A DNA stretch of 64,000 nt from Octopus sinensis (GCF_006345805.1 NC_043003.1:14198001-14262000); one strand, 5' to 3'; positions 13,154 through 25,349 are shown, counted from the first letter of the stretch. Notes: generated by a model not told the origin, from the letters alone. Program-made: numbers and translations.

Positions 13154-13333
13154 GCTGCCATCAAGATTTCAGGTGTTCTTTGATCCCTCACTGCTGATTT
13201 CTTCAACAAAATCAGAATAACAGACATTCATCTGAAAAGTGAACCACATATGGTGGAGTGGTTGTTGCAGCAAGTGTTGCTGGCCTTTCTTCACAGCAAT
13301 ACCCTTGCAGTTATGTCTGCAGGGCATGGTTGA
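13154..13333 (+). pseudogene. C-terminal restriction-like endonuclease region of a CRE-type non-LTR retrotransposon, decayed
   Basis: Hand translation AAIKISGVL*SLTADFFNKIRITDIHLKSEPHMVEWLLQQVLLAFLHSNTLAVMSAGHG* resembles the recalled pattern AVETxGVxGxxAxxF...EPR..EWL.QRLSLA..RGNA..V. Confidence 0.55.
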
Positions 13334-13534
13334 ACACACCATTTGGACTGGGTTGTGCAACCGCTCCCCCCCCCTCCACTCCCACCATCTTTTGTTGCTT
13401 AATCCACTTCCTTATTTTTTCTTTCTTTTCTCACTGAATTCTAGGCTTTGTTCTTGATAGTTTAATTTTTTTTTATTCTTTTAACGTTTTTTTTTACTTT
13501 TTCTTCCTGAAACAATTGTAAATTGATGAATTAA

Positions 13535-13756
13535 CCGTTTCGTCACCAACCTGCCTGAAACCGCCTCTGGCTCTGTAGTACAAATATCTTGTTTTTGAAA
13601 GTTTTGAATTAAAATCTTCCACCAAACCTTAGTCACAGTTTATGTTCCTAACACTAGCTGAATGATAACTAAGTCATATTACTAAATTCTTTGTTATATT
13701 TAGAATTAATTGAAAGAAACACAGAGCATCTCAAAAGAAATATGGTAACAAAAGGG
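13535..13756. mobile_element. piggyBac MITE family 1
   Basis: TTAA-CCGTTTC...AAAAGGG-TTTA; body matches 39937-40127. Confidence 0.85.
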
Positions 13757-14069
13757 TTTAAAAGACTATTTATTAAAATTGCTTTACAGAATGAAAATAA
13801 TTCAGAATTATTAATTGAACACAACTGACAAAAAAATAAAGACCTTCTGTCTTTTCATACACATGAACAGAAATATACTCGCACACATAAACAGAAAAAA
13901 GAGAGGGAGGGAAAAAAGAAACAAGGGTAACATTAAAAACGTCTAATGTCAAACAAGTCAGCATCAGTGGTGCCAAAAGGGCTGTGCCAAAGCAAAACAA
14001 AAGAAAGAGGATGGTTAGGATTTGAATTGATTTCATTTTAGGTTTGCTCAATTAAGGACTGGCTAAGGG

Positions 14070-14279
14070 CCAAACACCAACAGCAATATCCTAAAGGAGA
14101 TTTATAGCATCTATACTCAAACAGGTTGTCTGGACACAATGTATGTAGATCAACTCACCAGAGAGACTGGATGCCTCCCAGAAGACCTCCCTCAGCTAAT
14201 GCAGGACTGATGGATGGCATGCACAAGTTAAAAAAATGTCCAAGCAAGCTTGACCAGGTCATGGTGATGATGATGATTG
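14070..14279 (+). mobile_element. RTE-clade LINE ORF2 C-terminus and (GAT)n tail
   Basis: Frame TMYVDQLTRETGCLPEDLPQLMQD* resembles RTE-type TYIDQL..DTG...EDL...M.DR. Confidence 0.7.
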
Positions 14280-14459
14280 AAATTGCTATTTTTCTTAATA
14301 CGATTACTGGTGATTTCTCATGGTCCTTTAATAAGGGAGACAAAAAAGATGTTATGCCTCAGAAGCTCAACAAAACTTATGGCTGAAGCAGATGAGAAAT
14401 AAATTGCACTAGATGACCTCATACTTATTCTCAATAGTTACAGTGAACAAAGATAAATA

Positions 14460-14792
14460 GGCGTAGGAGTGGCCATGTGGTAAGTAGCTTACTTACCAAC
14501 CACATGGTTCTGGGTTCAGTCCCACTGCATGGCACCTTGGGCAAGTGTCTTCTACTATAGCCTCGGGCCAACCAAACAAAGCCTTATGAGTGGATTTGGT
14601 AGACAGAAGCTGAAAGAAGCTCGTCGTATATATGTATATATGTGTGTATGTGTGTGTATGTCTGTCCCCCCAACATCGCTTGACAACCGATGCTGATGTG
14701 TTTATGTCCCCGTAACTTGGTGGCTCAGCAGAAGAGACCGATAGTATAAGTACTAGGCTTACAAAGAATAAGTCCTGGGTCGATTCGCTCAA
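14460..14792 (+). mobile_element. SINE family A
   Basis: Head and body match 10008-10405; 3' end truncated. Confidence 0.9.
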
Positions 14793-15004
14793 AGGAGATA
14801 AAATGGGTTTTTTGAAGGGCCAGTACCTCCACTATGAGAAAAGCAATGTAACCCAAGCATCAATGACAATTTAAAGTGAGTTCAGTCCCACATGTGGTAC
14901 CTTGATCAAGTGTCTTCTATTTGAGCTCCAGGCTTTATGAGTGGATTTGGTAGATGGAAATTGAAAGAAACCAGTCATGTATATGTATGCGTTTCTGTAT
15001 GTAC

Positions 15005-15336
15005 CAGGGCTGTGGAGTCAAAACAAAAAAACTTTGACTCTGACTCATCTACTATAGGTACCTTCGACTCTTGACTCTGACTCCTCTTTATGTAATTAAA
15101 GCGATTGTGGTCTGCATATCTCATAAAGCATATGCATGCACTTGTACTTTGAGTAGGCCTATATGTTATTAACTGGTTTATATTAAAGAATAAAGATACT
15201 GTGAGTCAGAGTCAGAGTTTTACTGACTCCAACTCCAGCTATCCCTCAATTGTTTCCGACTCCGACTCCACGACTGACTACAACTCCATGACTCTATTTC
15301 TGACTCCACGACTCTGACTCCAACTCCACAGCCCTG
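15005..15336. mobile_element. hAT-type MITE rich in GACTC(C/T) hexamers, inserted in a SINE
   Basis: TIR cagggctgtggag / ctccacagccctg; flanks gtatgtac and gtagctac; the related SINE near 21420 shows a single gtatgtac at the empty site. Confidence 0.85.
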
Positions 15337-15829
15337 GTAGCTACCCTTATCTTGACATCACTCGATGGTTGTAAAGAGCAACATTGTCATACAACCAAGT
15401 TATTTGTTTCACAGAGAAAGTTACCAAGAAAAGCAAAACAAGAGATCTTAGTACAGTTCAGAGTCAAGAACTAGATTGTACTAAGGGAAGATAAATCATC
15501 AAACACCTACGCTCATTAGAGAACAAAGGGCTTAAGTAATAATTATGTGGTTATTATTTAGTTTTTGATAACTAGCCTGATGTATGAGATTCATTATCCA
15601 CATAATAAGATTTATAAATATTTTCTTACTATATTCCTCCAAGTTGTCTAATTGCTCAATGGTAAATATAGTAAGCAGTTCATTCAGTAATATTTCAGCT
15701 TTCTTTTATTTTTATTTTTTATGTTCATCTAAAAGCTAATTTATCACTATGTGAAACACTGAGCTTACGAAGATCAAAGTTTATGATTTTTAATTAGTCA
15801 ACCAATTTGTCCTATACACTGAATGAATG

Positions 15830-15917
15830 CATATATATATATAGATGTATGCATGTATATATATATATATATACATATACACACACACACACACATACAT
15901 ATGTATATACATATATA

Positions 15918-15961
<44 letters not shown>

Positions 15962-16310
15962 ATACATACATATACACACACACATACATATGTATATACA
16001 TATATATATGTGTGTATATATATATGTATATATATACATATATATATACATATATATATGTATATATATACATATATATATGTATATATATACATATATA
16101 TATACATCTATATATACACACAAATATATATTCATATGTATGTATATATACATCTTATATGTGTGTATATATATGTGTATATGCGTGTATATATATATAT
16201 ATATATGCATATATGTATTTAAATATGTATATATACATATAAATATATATTTGTGTATGTGTATATATATATATGTATATCTGTGTGAGTGTGCATGTGT
16301 GTATGAATCT
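15830..16310. repeat. (TA)n/(CA)n compound microsatellite
   Basis: Direct reading. Confidence 0.95.
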
Positions 16311-16704
16311 TTGCATGCCTATAACCGTAATCTTGACTTTCACTTCAGTTACTTGACATGACGTTAAATTTCTTGTTTTTGGCGATCGACTCAATTAATA
16401 TGATCATTATCCACAATTAAGCAACTTTTCATTTAAACGAAGAAAACCAGCATGATGTGTTCATTAAACCAACATTCAACAACTCGTTGCTACTTTCTCA
16501 CTATACACGGTTAATGAAGAACACCGTGGAAAGAAGCCAAGACTGTTGAATACCTGGATATGCATTCCATAATGGCAGCTGGTACCTCACTGGTCAGAGT
16601 TCAAATCCTTTTGGAGTTTTAACTAAATCTTTTGTCCTCCTGGTGTCGATAAAATAAATACTATTAAATATGGTTATATATTTCTTTACTACCCACAAGT
16701 AGTG

Positions 16705-18666
16705 TCTTCTACTATAGCCCTGGGATAATCCATGCCTTGTGAGTGAATTATGGAAACTGTGTGGAAGCCTTCTGTTTGTTCACACACACGGATGGATGGA
16801 TTGACAGACAGATAAATTGATGTGTGTGTGTGTGTGTGATTTTTTCTCCATTTGTCCCCCACTGCTTGACAATCAGTGTTGGCTTGTTTATGTCCTGTAA
16901 CTCAGTGGTTCAGCAAAAGAGACTGACGGAATAAGTACCAAACCGAAACACAGAGAGGACAAACAGATTAAGTTGATTACATCGACCCCAGTGCGTAACT
17001 GGTACTTAATTTATCGACCCCGAAAGGATGAAAGCAAAGTCGACCTCGGCGAAATTTGAACTCAGAACATAACGGCAGATGAAATACGGCTACGCATTTC
17101 GCCCGGCGTGCAAACGTTTCTGCCAGCTCATCGCATAATCACATTAAATATGATTATAGAAGCAGGCGTGGGTGAATGGTTTCCAAACAGGAGTTTTAGG
17201 TTCAGTCCCAATGCCTGAAGTGAAGGCAAGTGGCTTAGTGGTTAGGGTGTTCGGTTCATAACCGTTACGTCATGAGTTCAATTCCTGGTAGCGTGTTATG
17301 TCCTTGAGCAAGACACCTCATTTCCTATTGCTCCAGTCTGCTTGGCTGGCGAAAGTGAGTTGTAACAGTAATTCAAAAAGGTCCACCCTGTTATGTTCTG
17401 TGTATGCATGTCTTAGGAGTACTCAGCCATTGTCATGTTAATTTACAAGCAAGCTGTTCCATTGATAGAATCAACTGGAACCGATGGAGTGCCAGGTTCA
17501 GGCCCAATGCCTGACACCTTGGGCAAGTATCTTCTACTATAGCCCTGGACTAATCCATGCCTTGTGAGTGAATTATGGAAACTATGTAGAAGCCTTCTGT
17601 TTGTTCACACATACACACACACACATACACACACACACACATACACACGGATGGATGGATTGACAGACAGATAAATTGATGTGTGTGTGTGTGTGTGTTT
17701 TTTCTCCATTTGTCCCCCACTGCTTGACAATCAGTGTTGGCTTGTTTATGTCCTGTAACTCAGTGGTTCAGCAAAAGAGACTGACGGAATAAGTACCAAA
17801 CCGAAACACAGAGGGGACAAACAAGGACAGACACAGATTAAGTCGATTACATCGACCCCAGTGCGTAACTACTACTTAATCTATCGACCCCGAAAGGATG
17901 AAAGGCAAAGTCGACCTCAGTGGAATTTGAACTCAGAACGTAATGGCAGATGAAATACGGCTACGCATTTCGCCCGGCGTGCTAACGTTTCTGCCAGCTC
18001 GTCGCATAATCATATTAAATATGATTATAGAAGCAGGCGTGGATGAATGGTTTCCAAACAGGAGTTTTAGGTTCAGTCCCAATGCCTGAAGTGAAGGCAA
18101 GTGGCTTAGTGGTTAGGGTGTTCGGTTCATAACCATTACATCATGAGTTCAATTCCTGGTAGCGTGTTATGTCCTTGAGCAAGACACCTTATTTCCTATT
18201 GCTCCAGTCTGCTTGGCTGGCGAAAGTGAGTTGTAACAGTAATTCAAAAAGGTCCACCCTGTTATGTTCTGTGTATGCATGTCTTAGGAGTACTCAGCCA
18301 TTGTCATGTTAATTTACAAGCAAGCTGTTCCATTGATAGAATCAACTGGAACCGATGGAGTGCCAGGTTCAGGCCCAATGCCTGACACCTTGGGCAAGTA
18401 TCTTCTACTATAGCCCTGGACTAATCCATGCCTTGTGAGTGAATTATGGAAACTATGTAGAAGCCTTCTGTTTGTTCACACATACACACACACACATACA
18501 CACACACACACATACACACGGATGGATGGATTGACAGACAGATAAATTGGTGCATGTGTGTGTGATTTTTTCTCCATTTGTCCCCCACTGCTTGACAACT
18601 AGTGTTGGTTTGTTTATATTCTGTAACTTAGTGGTTCAGCAAAAGAGACTGATGGAATAAGTACCA
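16705..18666. repeat. Tandem duplication of a SINE mosaic, about 2.3 units
   Basis: tcttctactatagccctgg at 16705, 17530 and about 18401 (periods 825 and 871). Confidence 0.92.
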
Positions 18667-18929
18667 GATCGAGAAAAATAAAAGACAACCAAACTAAACA
18701 AAAAAAAAGGTACTGGGACTGAATTGTTTGACAAAAACTCACCTTTCAAGGTGGTGCCCCAGCATGACCACTGTCCAATGTATGAGACAAGCAAAACAGA
18801 TAAAAGAACCATAATTGGTTTATAAATATTTTCTCACTAAATCCCTCCAAGTTGTAAAATTTATAAATTATATTTAAATTACATTTCTAGTATATCAACC
18901 TAAAAATCTAAAACAACAAATTCATAAGT

Positions 18930-19748
18930 CAGGGATGGGCAACTTTTTGCAAACTGGGGCCCACATTGTACCATTTCCAAATGGGAGAGGGCCATATGTA
19001 TGAAATATTACTTGCCCGCTTCACACTGAATTTTTTGCAGTTCTTCTTAATTTCATTTGTCTTAGTTTACATTAAGCTGGCATCTCTCATTATTTCCTAA
19101 TGATAATAATGATGATTACTACTATAAATAAATTATAGTTTAAAATATTGAGGTCAAAAAAAAAAAAAAAATTCATTGATATTTTATTGGTTGGTATCCT
19201 TTTTGTCTCGGGAGACAATGGAGTTGCGCATAAAGTAGTCTAGTCCGGCTTTTACATTTCATGTCCTGATACATTTCCTGCTGTGGCTGTGTAGTCCTAT
19301 CCTGGACAAACACTCCCTCTGGCAGGTACCGTAAATGTAGCGAAGACTGTTCCTGGCTGGTTGTAATGCCTTAGTTTCTTGTTGACGTCTTTTCTTGTCT
19401 TTCCATTTCTCCTCTCTCTCTGTCACTCCCTCTCTTACGGTACGTCGCCAGTCACCATGGTTGCTGGCAACTGCCTCCCAACCGCTAATATTGATGTTGC
19501 AGGCCTTCATGTCCCTTTTGCAAACATCCTTGTAACGTAAGAGCGGTCTACCCACAGACCTAGTACCCCTAGCAAGCTCTCCGTAGAGTATGTCAAGGTA
19601 CAAATTTCATTATCTATATCAATGAGATTTTTACACATTCACATTCTTTACCATATTTTCAATATTAGGTAGAATTTGAGATGTCACTACTCTTATGGCT
19701 GCAAATTAGTAAACTAGAAACTTGAGGGCTGCAAGTTGCCTCTGCATG
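18930..19748. mobile_element. hAT MITE carrying an RTE insertion
   Basis: Ends cagggatgggcaac / gttgcctctgcatg; 8-bp flanks tcataagt and acataagt. Confidence 0.8.
19187..19597 (-). mobile_element. RTE (BovB/RTE-1-like) LINE 3' end with open ORF2 C-terminus
   Basis: ORF 19259-19603: LYGEL..G.RSVGRPLLRYKDVCKRDMK...WE..A....WR..V...CQRECLSRIGLHSHSRKC; 3' UTR ccattgtctcccgagacaaaaggatacc. Confidence 0.9.
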
Positions 19749-20427
19749 ACATAAGTTTTGGCCTGAATTGTATTTACAGTAAGCTGACAGAATTTATAGT
19801 TTTGTAGTTTTGCTATATAACTTGGCTTGAAAACTCTTCACAGAATTTTTCAGAGTAAAAATACATTTGTTGTTTGTTTTAATCTTTTATAGTTTTCACG
19901 GGTTATCTGGTTATCTGCTGATTGTATTTTATTAAACTTGTCAACATTTATTTTTTTTCGCTCCCCTTTTATCTGTGAATTCCTCTCTTTTTTTTTGTTG
20001 TTTGTTCTTGATTTCCTTTTTTGTGTGTGTGTACGTGTTTGTTTTCACTCTGTTATTGTCAAAAATGTCATTCAGTTTAGATAAAAATGTAGGAAGATGA
20101 CATCATGATAAACGCAGCTCCGTACTGAGTAGACTTAAGTTGAAAACTACCAGCTAATATGCAGTTTGAAATTCTGCTTAAGGAGGAGATTGAAGGATAA
20201 ACTAGGTCTTTCTTTCAATATTGTGTAATACCGTTGACAATGCCATCACAAATTCTTCATCTTTATCATCAGGTTTAGCTTCATCCAAATGTATACAGGA
20301 TTAGTGACATCTTTTTTTGTTAGCTAAGCATTCTCATTTGAGTATGAACATTATTGCTTCCATTTCAATGTTAACAAAATTTTGCTTGCATAAGATATTA
20401 TAATTTTCCATATATAATATATTGTAA

Positions 20428-20824
20428 TCTTTATATATAAAAGTAAGGTTGTGTGTCTGTCTCCTACGATTTAGATTCCTAACTACTCCCACATTTTGCG
20501 GTGCAGTTTAACCAAAACCGGGTATCTTATAGTCGTGATTCATATCGAGCCCTTCTGGGTATTAGCGCGCATCTACGATGAGTCTACAATTTAAAAAAAA
20601 ATTTACCATCATTTTTTTCCATTTTAATGCATTTTTCACTATTATATAAGGGAAGTAACTCTCTAAAAATGTCTACGATGAGTCAACGATTTAAAAAAAA
20701 ATTTACCATCATTTGTTTTCCATTTTTAATGCATTTTTTGGCTATTTTTTGGCTATAACTCTCTAAAAATGCTTACATAGTTATTTCCCTTACAAACCCG
20801 AGCAACGCCGGGCAATACTGCTAG
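20428..20824 (+). mobile_element. Non-autonomous Helitron
   Basis: A|TC tttatatataaaag start; cccgagcaacgccggg hairpin then CTAG|T end; internal duplicated block of about 65 bp. Confidence 0.9.
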
Positions 20825-20857
20825 TATAATATAATGTAATTTTGGTTTTATAATATA

Positions 20858-21235
20858 CTAGCAGTATTGCCCGGCGTTGCTCGGGTTTGTTTTGACCCTT
20901 TAGAATTGAAATTTTTGAAAAGTAAAAATTTTGCATTACATAGCTTGTTTATTCTCTTTAAGTTGAAATACACCGAAAAATGGTGACACAGCAGTCAAAA
21001 AATCATAAAAAATAGATATTTTCATAGAAAAAAAGCATCTTTTTGATGTAAATAATTTTTGGTGTTAATATGGTCCGATTTGAAAGTTTTCTTCTACAGA
21101 AGGAAGAGTAAGCCTTCTTCTATCATACTCTCAATTTTGGTCAACTTGCACTGCAGGGTCTCGGAGGAGATAGTGTTAGTTGAAGGCTACCAGACCTGCC
21201 ATACACAGACAACTTCAGCTTTATATATATAGTGA
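20858..21235 (-). mobile_element. Non-autonomous Helitron, different body, same 3' end
   Basis: Minus strand A|TC actatatatataaagc start; identical hairpin and CTAG|T end. Confidence 0.85.
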
Positions 21236-21259
21236 TTATAATATTTTGTAGTAGATATA

Positions 21260-21650
21260 GGTATGGCTGTGAGATTAAGAAGCTTGCTTTCCAGTCATGT
21301 AATTTTGGGTTCAGTCTCACATGTGGCACCTTGATCAAATATCTTCTATTACAGCCCCAGGCTGACCAAAACTTTGTGAGTGGATCTGGTAGATGGAAAC
21401 TGAAAGAAACCCATCATGTGTGTGTGTATGTACCCATATCTTGGCATCACATGATGGTTGTAAATGAACATCACTGTCATACAAAGTTATAATTCGTTTC
21501 CAGACTTTCTTGAAAAACATGTTTAGTTATTGAAAAATATTACCTCACAAGGAAAACAGATGAAGGTTGGAAAAAGAAGGGTACTTGGCCATAAGAAATC
21601 TTCCTCCACGAATTCCATCTATACACATGCAGGTACAAAAAAATCTCATC
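21260..21650 (+). mobile_element. SINE family B (family A-like head, RTE-like tail)
   Basis: ggctgtgagattaagaagcttgct head; gatggttgtaaatgaacatc middle; gaaggttgg...aagggtact...atcatc 3' part. Confidence 0.75.
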
Positions 21651-21819
21651 ATCATTTATCATCTGATTTCCATGTTGGCATGGTTTGGATTGTTTAACAG
21701 GAGTTGGTCAGTTGGAGAGCTGTCCAAGTTCCATTTGTCTGTTTTGGCATGGTTTCTATGGCTGGAGGCCCTTCTCAACATTAACCACTTTTACAGACTG
21801 TATCATCGTCATCACCACC

Positions 21820-22900
21820 ATTGTCATCATTGTCGTTATTTAGTGCTTGCTTTCCATGCTGGCATGGGTTGGATAGTTTGACTGAAACTGGTAACCTGCA
21901 AGGCCACACCAAGTTCCAATCTGATTTGGCATGGTTTCAACGACTGGATGCCCTCCATAATGCCAACCACTCCAAGGGTGTAACAGTTACTTTTTACATG
22001 CCACTGGCACGGGTGCCATTTACGTGACACCAGCATTGGCCATGACTACGATTTCACTTGGCTTCTCAGGTCTTCTCAAACATGGCATATCATCAAAGGT
22101 CTCGGTCACTTACCATTGCCCAATGTTCGATCAGTGCCTTTTACGTGCCACTGGCATCAGCATGACACCAGCACAGGCCATTGTTATATGGCGCCATCAC
22201 CTACAAACCCGCAAGACTGGGGCCTCTCAGACAAGAAAGGGACATAGAGGACATGACTGTATGCATGGATGAACAGGGTTTTACTTAGCTAGATGCGCCT
22301 TCTCAAACAGCAAACCCCCCAGAAGTTTCAGTCCCTTGTCATCTCCTGTGTAAGGCCCAACATCTGAAGATCCTTTCTCACCACTTTGTCCCATATCTTT
22401 CTAGGTCTACCTTAGTTACAACAAATTCATGGAGGGCTTCACAAAGAACATAAAACTGGTGAAATGGTGTCAGCTACATGAAAGCCCACCTACCAAAATG
22501 GACTATGAGAGACTAAAAAGAAAAATTTGATTGTAATTTTTGTGAAATTCATTTACGAAAAAGAAAAAAATTGTGGAAATGTAACCACTCGACTTCGGGA
22601 GTCGAGTGGGCATTGTGCTTCGTTTATATCTTTTCATATTTTCATTCGTTTTCTTTAATTTTTTCGTCTTGATTCATCTTCCTTTTGTATTTTAAGTTCC
22701 CCGAGTTTATGCTTGTCTTGTTTGTATTGTCCCATTCTGTGTATAGCCCCTTGTGGGTAATAAAAAAAATCATCTTTCTAGGTCTACCCTTTCCACACAT
22801 CCTCTCCACAGTTAGAGATCAGCATCTCTTGATGCACTGTCTTCATCCATACACATCACGTAACCATAGCAACAAAGTCTTCTCTCTTGCACATTTTCAT
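21820..22900 (-). mobile_element. RTE LINE 3' end (ORF2 C-terminus plus 3' UTR), split by an insertion
   Basis: Rejoined minus frame CGKGRPRKIWDKVVRKDLQMLGLTQEMTRD; continues into the same UTR and (gat)n tail. Confidence 0.8.
22412..22771 (+). mobile_element. 5'-truncated LINE 3' end (L1/Tx1-like, tentative) with 17-bp TSD
   Basis: atctttctaggtctacc at 22395-22411 and 22772-22788; open frame SYNKFMEGFTKNIKLVKWCQLHESPPTKMDYERLKRKI*; 10-bp stem-loop; tail gccccttgtgggtaataaaaaaaa. Confidence 0.7.
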
Positions 22901-23394
22901 TCATACTCACAGACAATACTAGTTCCAGTAATTATTATTTTTCTTAGCTCCAGGTAAGTCTTGATCGGGTAGATCTATGATGATCAAAAATTTTATTTCC
23001 AGGTACGATAATACATGGGATCACATTATCTAAAGTGCATTTCGCCCTTCTTTTCTTTTAAGACAGTCATATACGACTGGCCAAGATTTGGTTGCTATTT
23101 CTAGCATGTTGAGCAAATGCATAGATGGTCCATCACTGGCACAAATTGAAAGAAATGCACAACTATGGGAAATGATTTAAATTCTAGAAGGAATGTATTG
23201 TCAGAAAATTTTAAAACAAAAAGAAAAAGAAAAAAAAAAACCAAAATGAAATAAATAAGAATTTAAGCTCTAAGTGACAAGCGAACTGGCTTTATAAGAA
23301 ATAGAATTGTAATTTAAATAAATATAATTATCGATTCTGTTGCAGTCATAATATATGAGCTTTAACAATCAGAATAATACAATATAATAAATCA

Positions 23395-23399
23395 GTATG

Positions 23400-23457
<58 letters not shown>

Positions 23458-23538
23458 CATACATACACATATACAAAAACACATGTACAAACACGCGCAC
23501 ATATATATACTTATTCATATATATATAAACAGTATATA

Positions 23539-23570
<32 letters not shown>

Positions 23571-23670
23571 CATATATATATATACATATATATATATATA
23601 TGTATGTATATGTATATATATGTAAATAACTATACTATATATGTATATGTATATATGTAAATAAATATAT

Positions 23671-23703
<33 letters not shown>

Positions 23704-23755
23704 CTACTGTATGTATGTATATATATAGTGTGTGTGTGTATGTATATATATATAT
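23395..23755. repeat. (TA)n/(CA)n microsatellite block
   Basis: Direct reading. Confidence 0.95.
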
Positions 23756-24207
23756 TGGTTATTGATTGTTATAGGTAAAATGCTCAAAGAATACAAAAAT
23801 TGCATCGTGACAGTCAGGAAGGTCACCTTAACTTTTCAATTCAGATGAAATAGAATTTAGATAATAAATAGGAAAACAATTTAATGATAAATTTTGAGGC
23901 AGTTCCAGAAGAAAATGACAAATGAAAAATATCCAGAAACTGAAGCTTTTTCCAAAAATGAAAATTCTGTCTTTACATATAAATATTGGTAAATATGGCT
24001 TTCTCCCCCCCCTCTCTCTCTCTCCCTGTCAAGGCTAACTTATTTAAATCACAATTTTGTTTCTATTTCTTTCATGTGTGTGTGTGTGTGTGAATATAAA
24101 TGGATGTGTGTATCAACGGACCACATGTAACAAAAGAATTAGACCACAATATCACTGGAAACAGAGAACAAAATTAATTAAATGTCTTTTAATAAATATA
24201 TATATAT

Positions 24208-24257
<50 letters not shown>

Positions 24258-24260
<3 letters not shown>

Positions 24261-24395
24261 CGTTAGGAAGGGCATCCAGCTGTAGAAACACTGCCAGATC
24301 TGACTGGCCTGGTGCAGCCTTCGGGCTCCCCAGACCCCAGTTGAACCGTCCAACCCATGCTAGCATGGAAAGCGGACGTTATATGATGATGATGA
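24258..24395 (+). mobile_element. RTE 3' UTR fragment in (TA)n
   Basis: ttggcgttaggaagggcatccagctgtagaaac...catgctagcatgg...gatgatg. Confidence 0.9.
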
Positions 24396-24399
24396 TATA

Positions 24400-24840
24400 T
24401 ATATATGGGACAAGAACGCAAAACATCCGGACAGCTAGGTGATACAAAAAGGGACAACAAAACATCCAGATAGACGATACAAAAAAAACAAGGACGGGTC
24501 ATTCGAAGCTTTCTATCCTCAGTCAAGAACTGGATCATCCTCGCAATTTCAGCTGATTAATCTTGAGATTGCTCCAATCTGGTCAGCCCCAAGGAAAAAT
24601 TAAGCTAAGAGCATTAGATTCCTTGGAAGAAAGCAGCGAATGTATACGAAAACAAGGACGGAAAAACAGACGTTACACGAATATAAATACAAAATACAAT
24701 AAAAATCATAATAATAACGGGACATAACAACAGGTGTCTTTCGACAGGGGATGAATTGAATTCAGCTGGTGTGTGTGGAAATGAAGCCTTACAGCAGAGA
24801 TACAAAACTTTCACAAGCACAGGAAAAAATATATATACAT
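24400..24840 (-). mobile_element. Penelope-like non-autonomous remnant
   Basis: Minus strand gactgaggatagaaagcttcgaatg motif; bounded by (TA)n; related copy at 57275-57450. Confidence 0.45.
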
Positions 24841-25349
24841 ATACATGTACTCCCATACAGAGGTGAAACTCAAGTATGACCAAAATAAAGTTATTATTGA
24901 TCTCTATGGGATAGAGTACTCTTTTCTCCAACAGTCTACACCAAGGGTGGGGAAACTTTTTAGAAAGGCAGGTAAAAATTTCTTGAGAAAAAGGTTCGCA
25001 GGTGGATCACAAGTTCTAACTCTCATACCTGTGTAAATCTTGTATGTATCCATGTATAATTCAATATGCATTAATATAGGTAAGTTTAAGACGCTAAATT
25101 AACAGGTAACATCTTAATTAACACTGCCTTTATATTACTTGTGAGGTATTCTATATTTTTCAGCTAGAGAGTAGTTGGGGTTCAATGGGGTGGCACAAAC
25201 CTAGCAATATATGTTTTATAATGAAAACAACATTTCCCTTCAAATTGGACGATTTCTGTTCAAGTCTGACTTATGTCGCAAATAGGCATACGAATATTGT
25301 CTAAATTTTATGATTGAAAAATTTACTATATTTCATACATATGTATAAA

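Noticed and set aside
24944-25020. hAT-like left end ccaagggtggggaaactttt
   Set aside because: No matching right end or TSD found.
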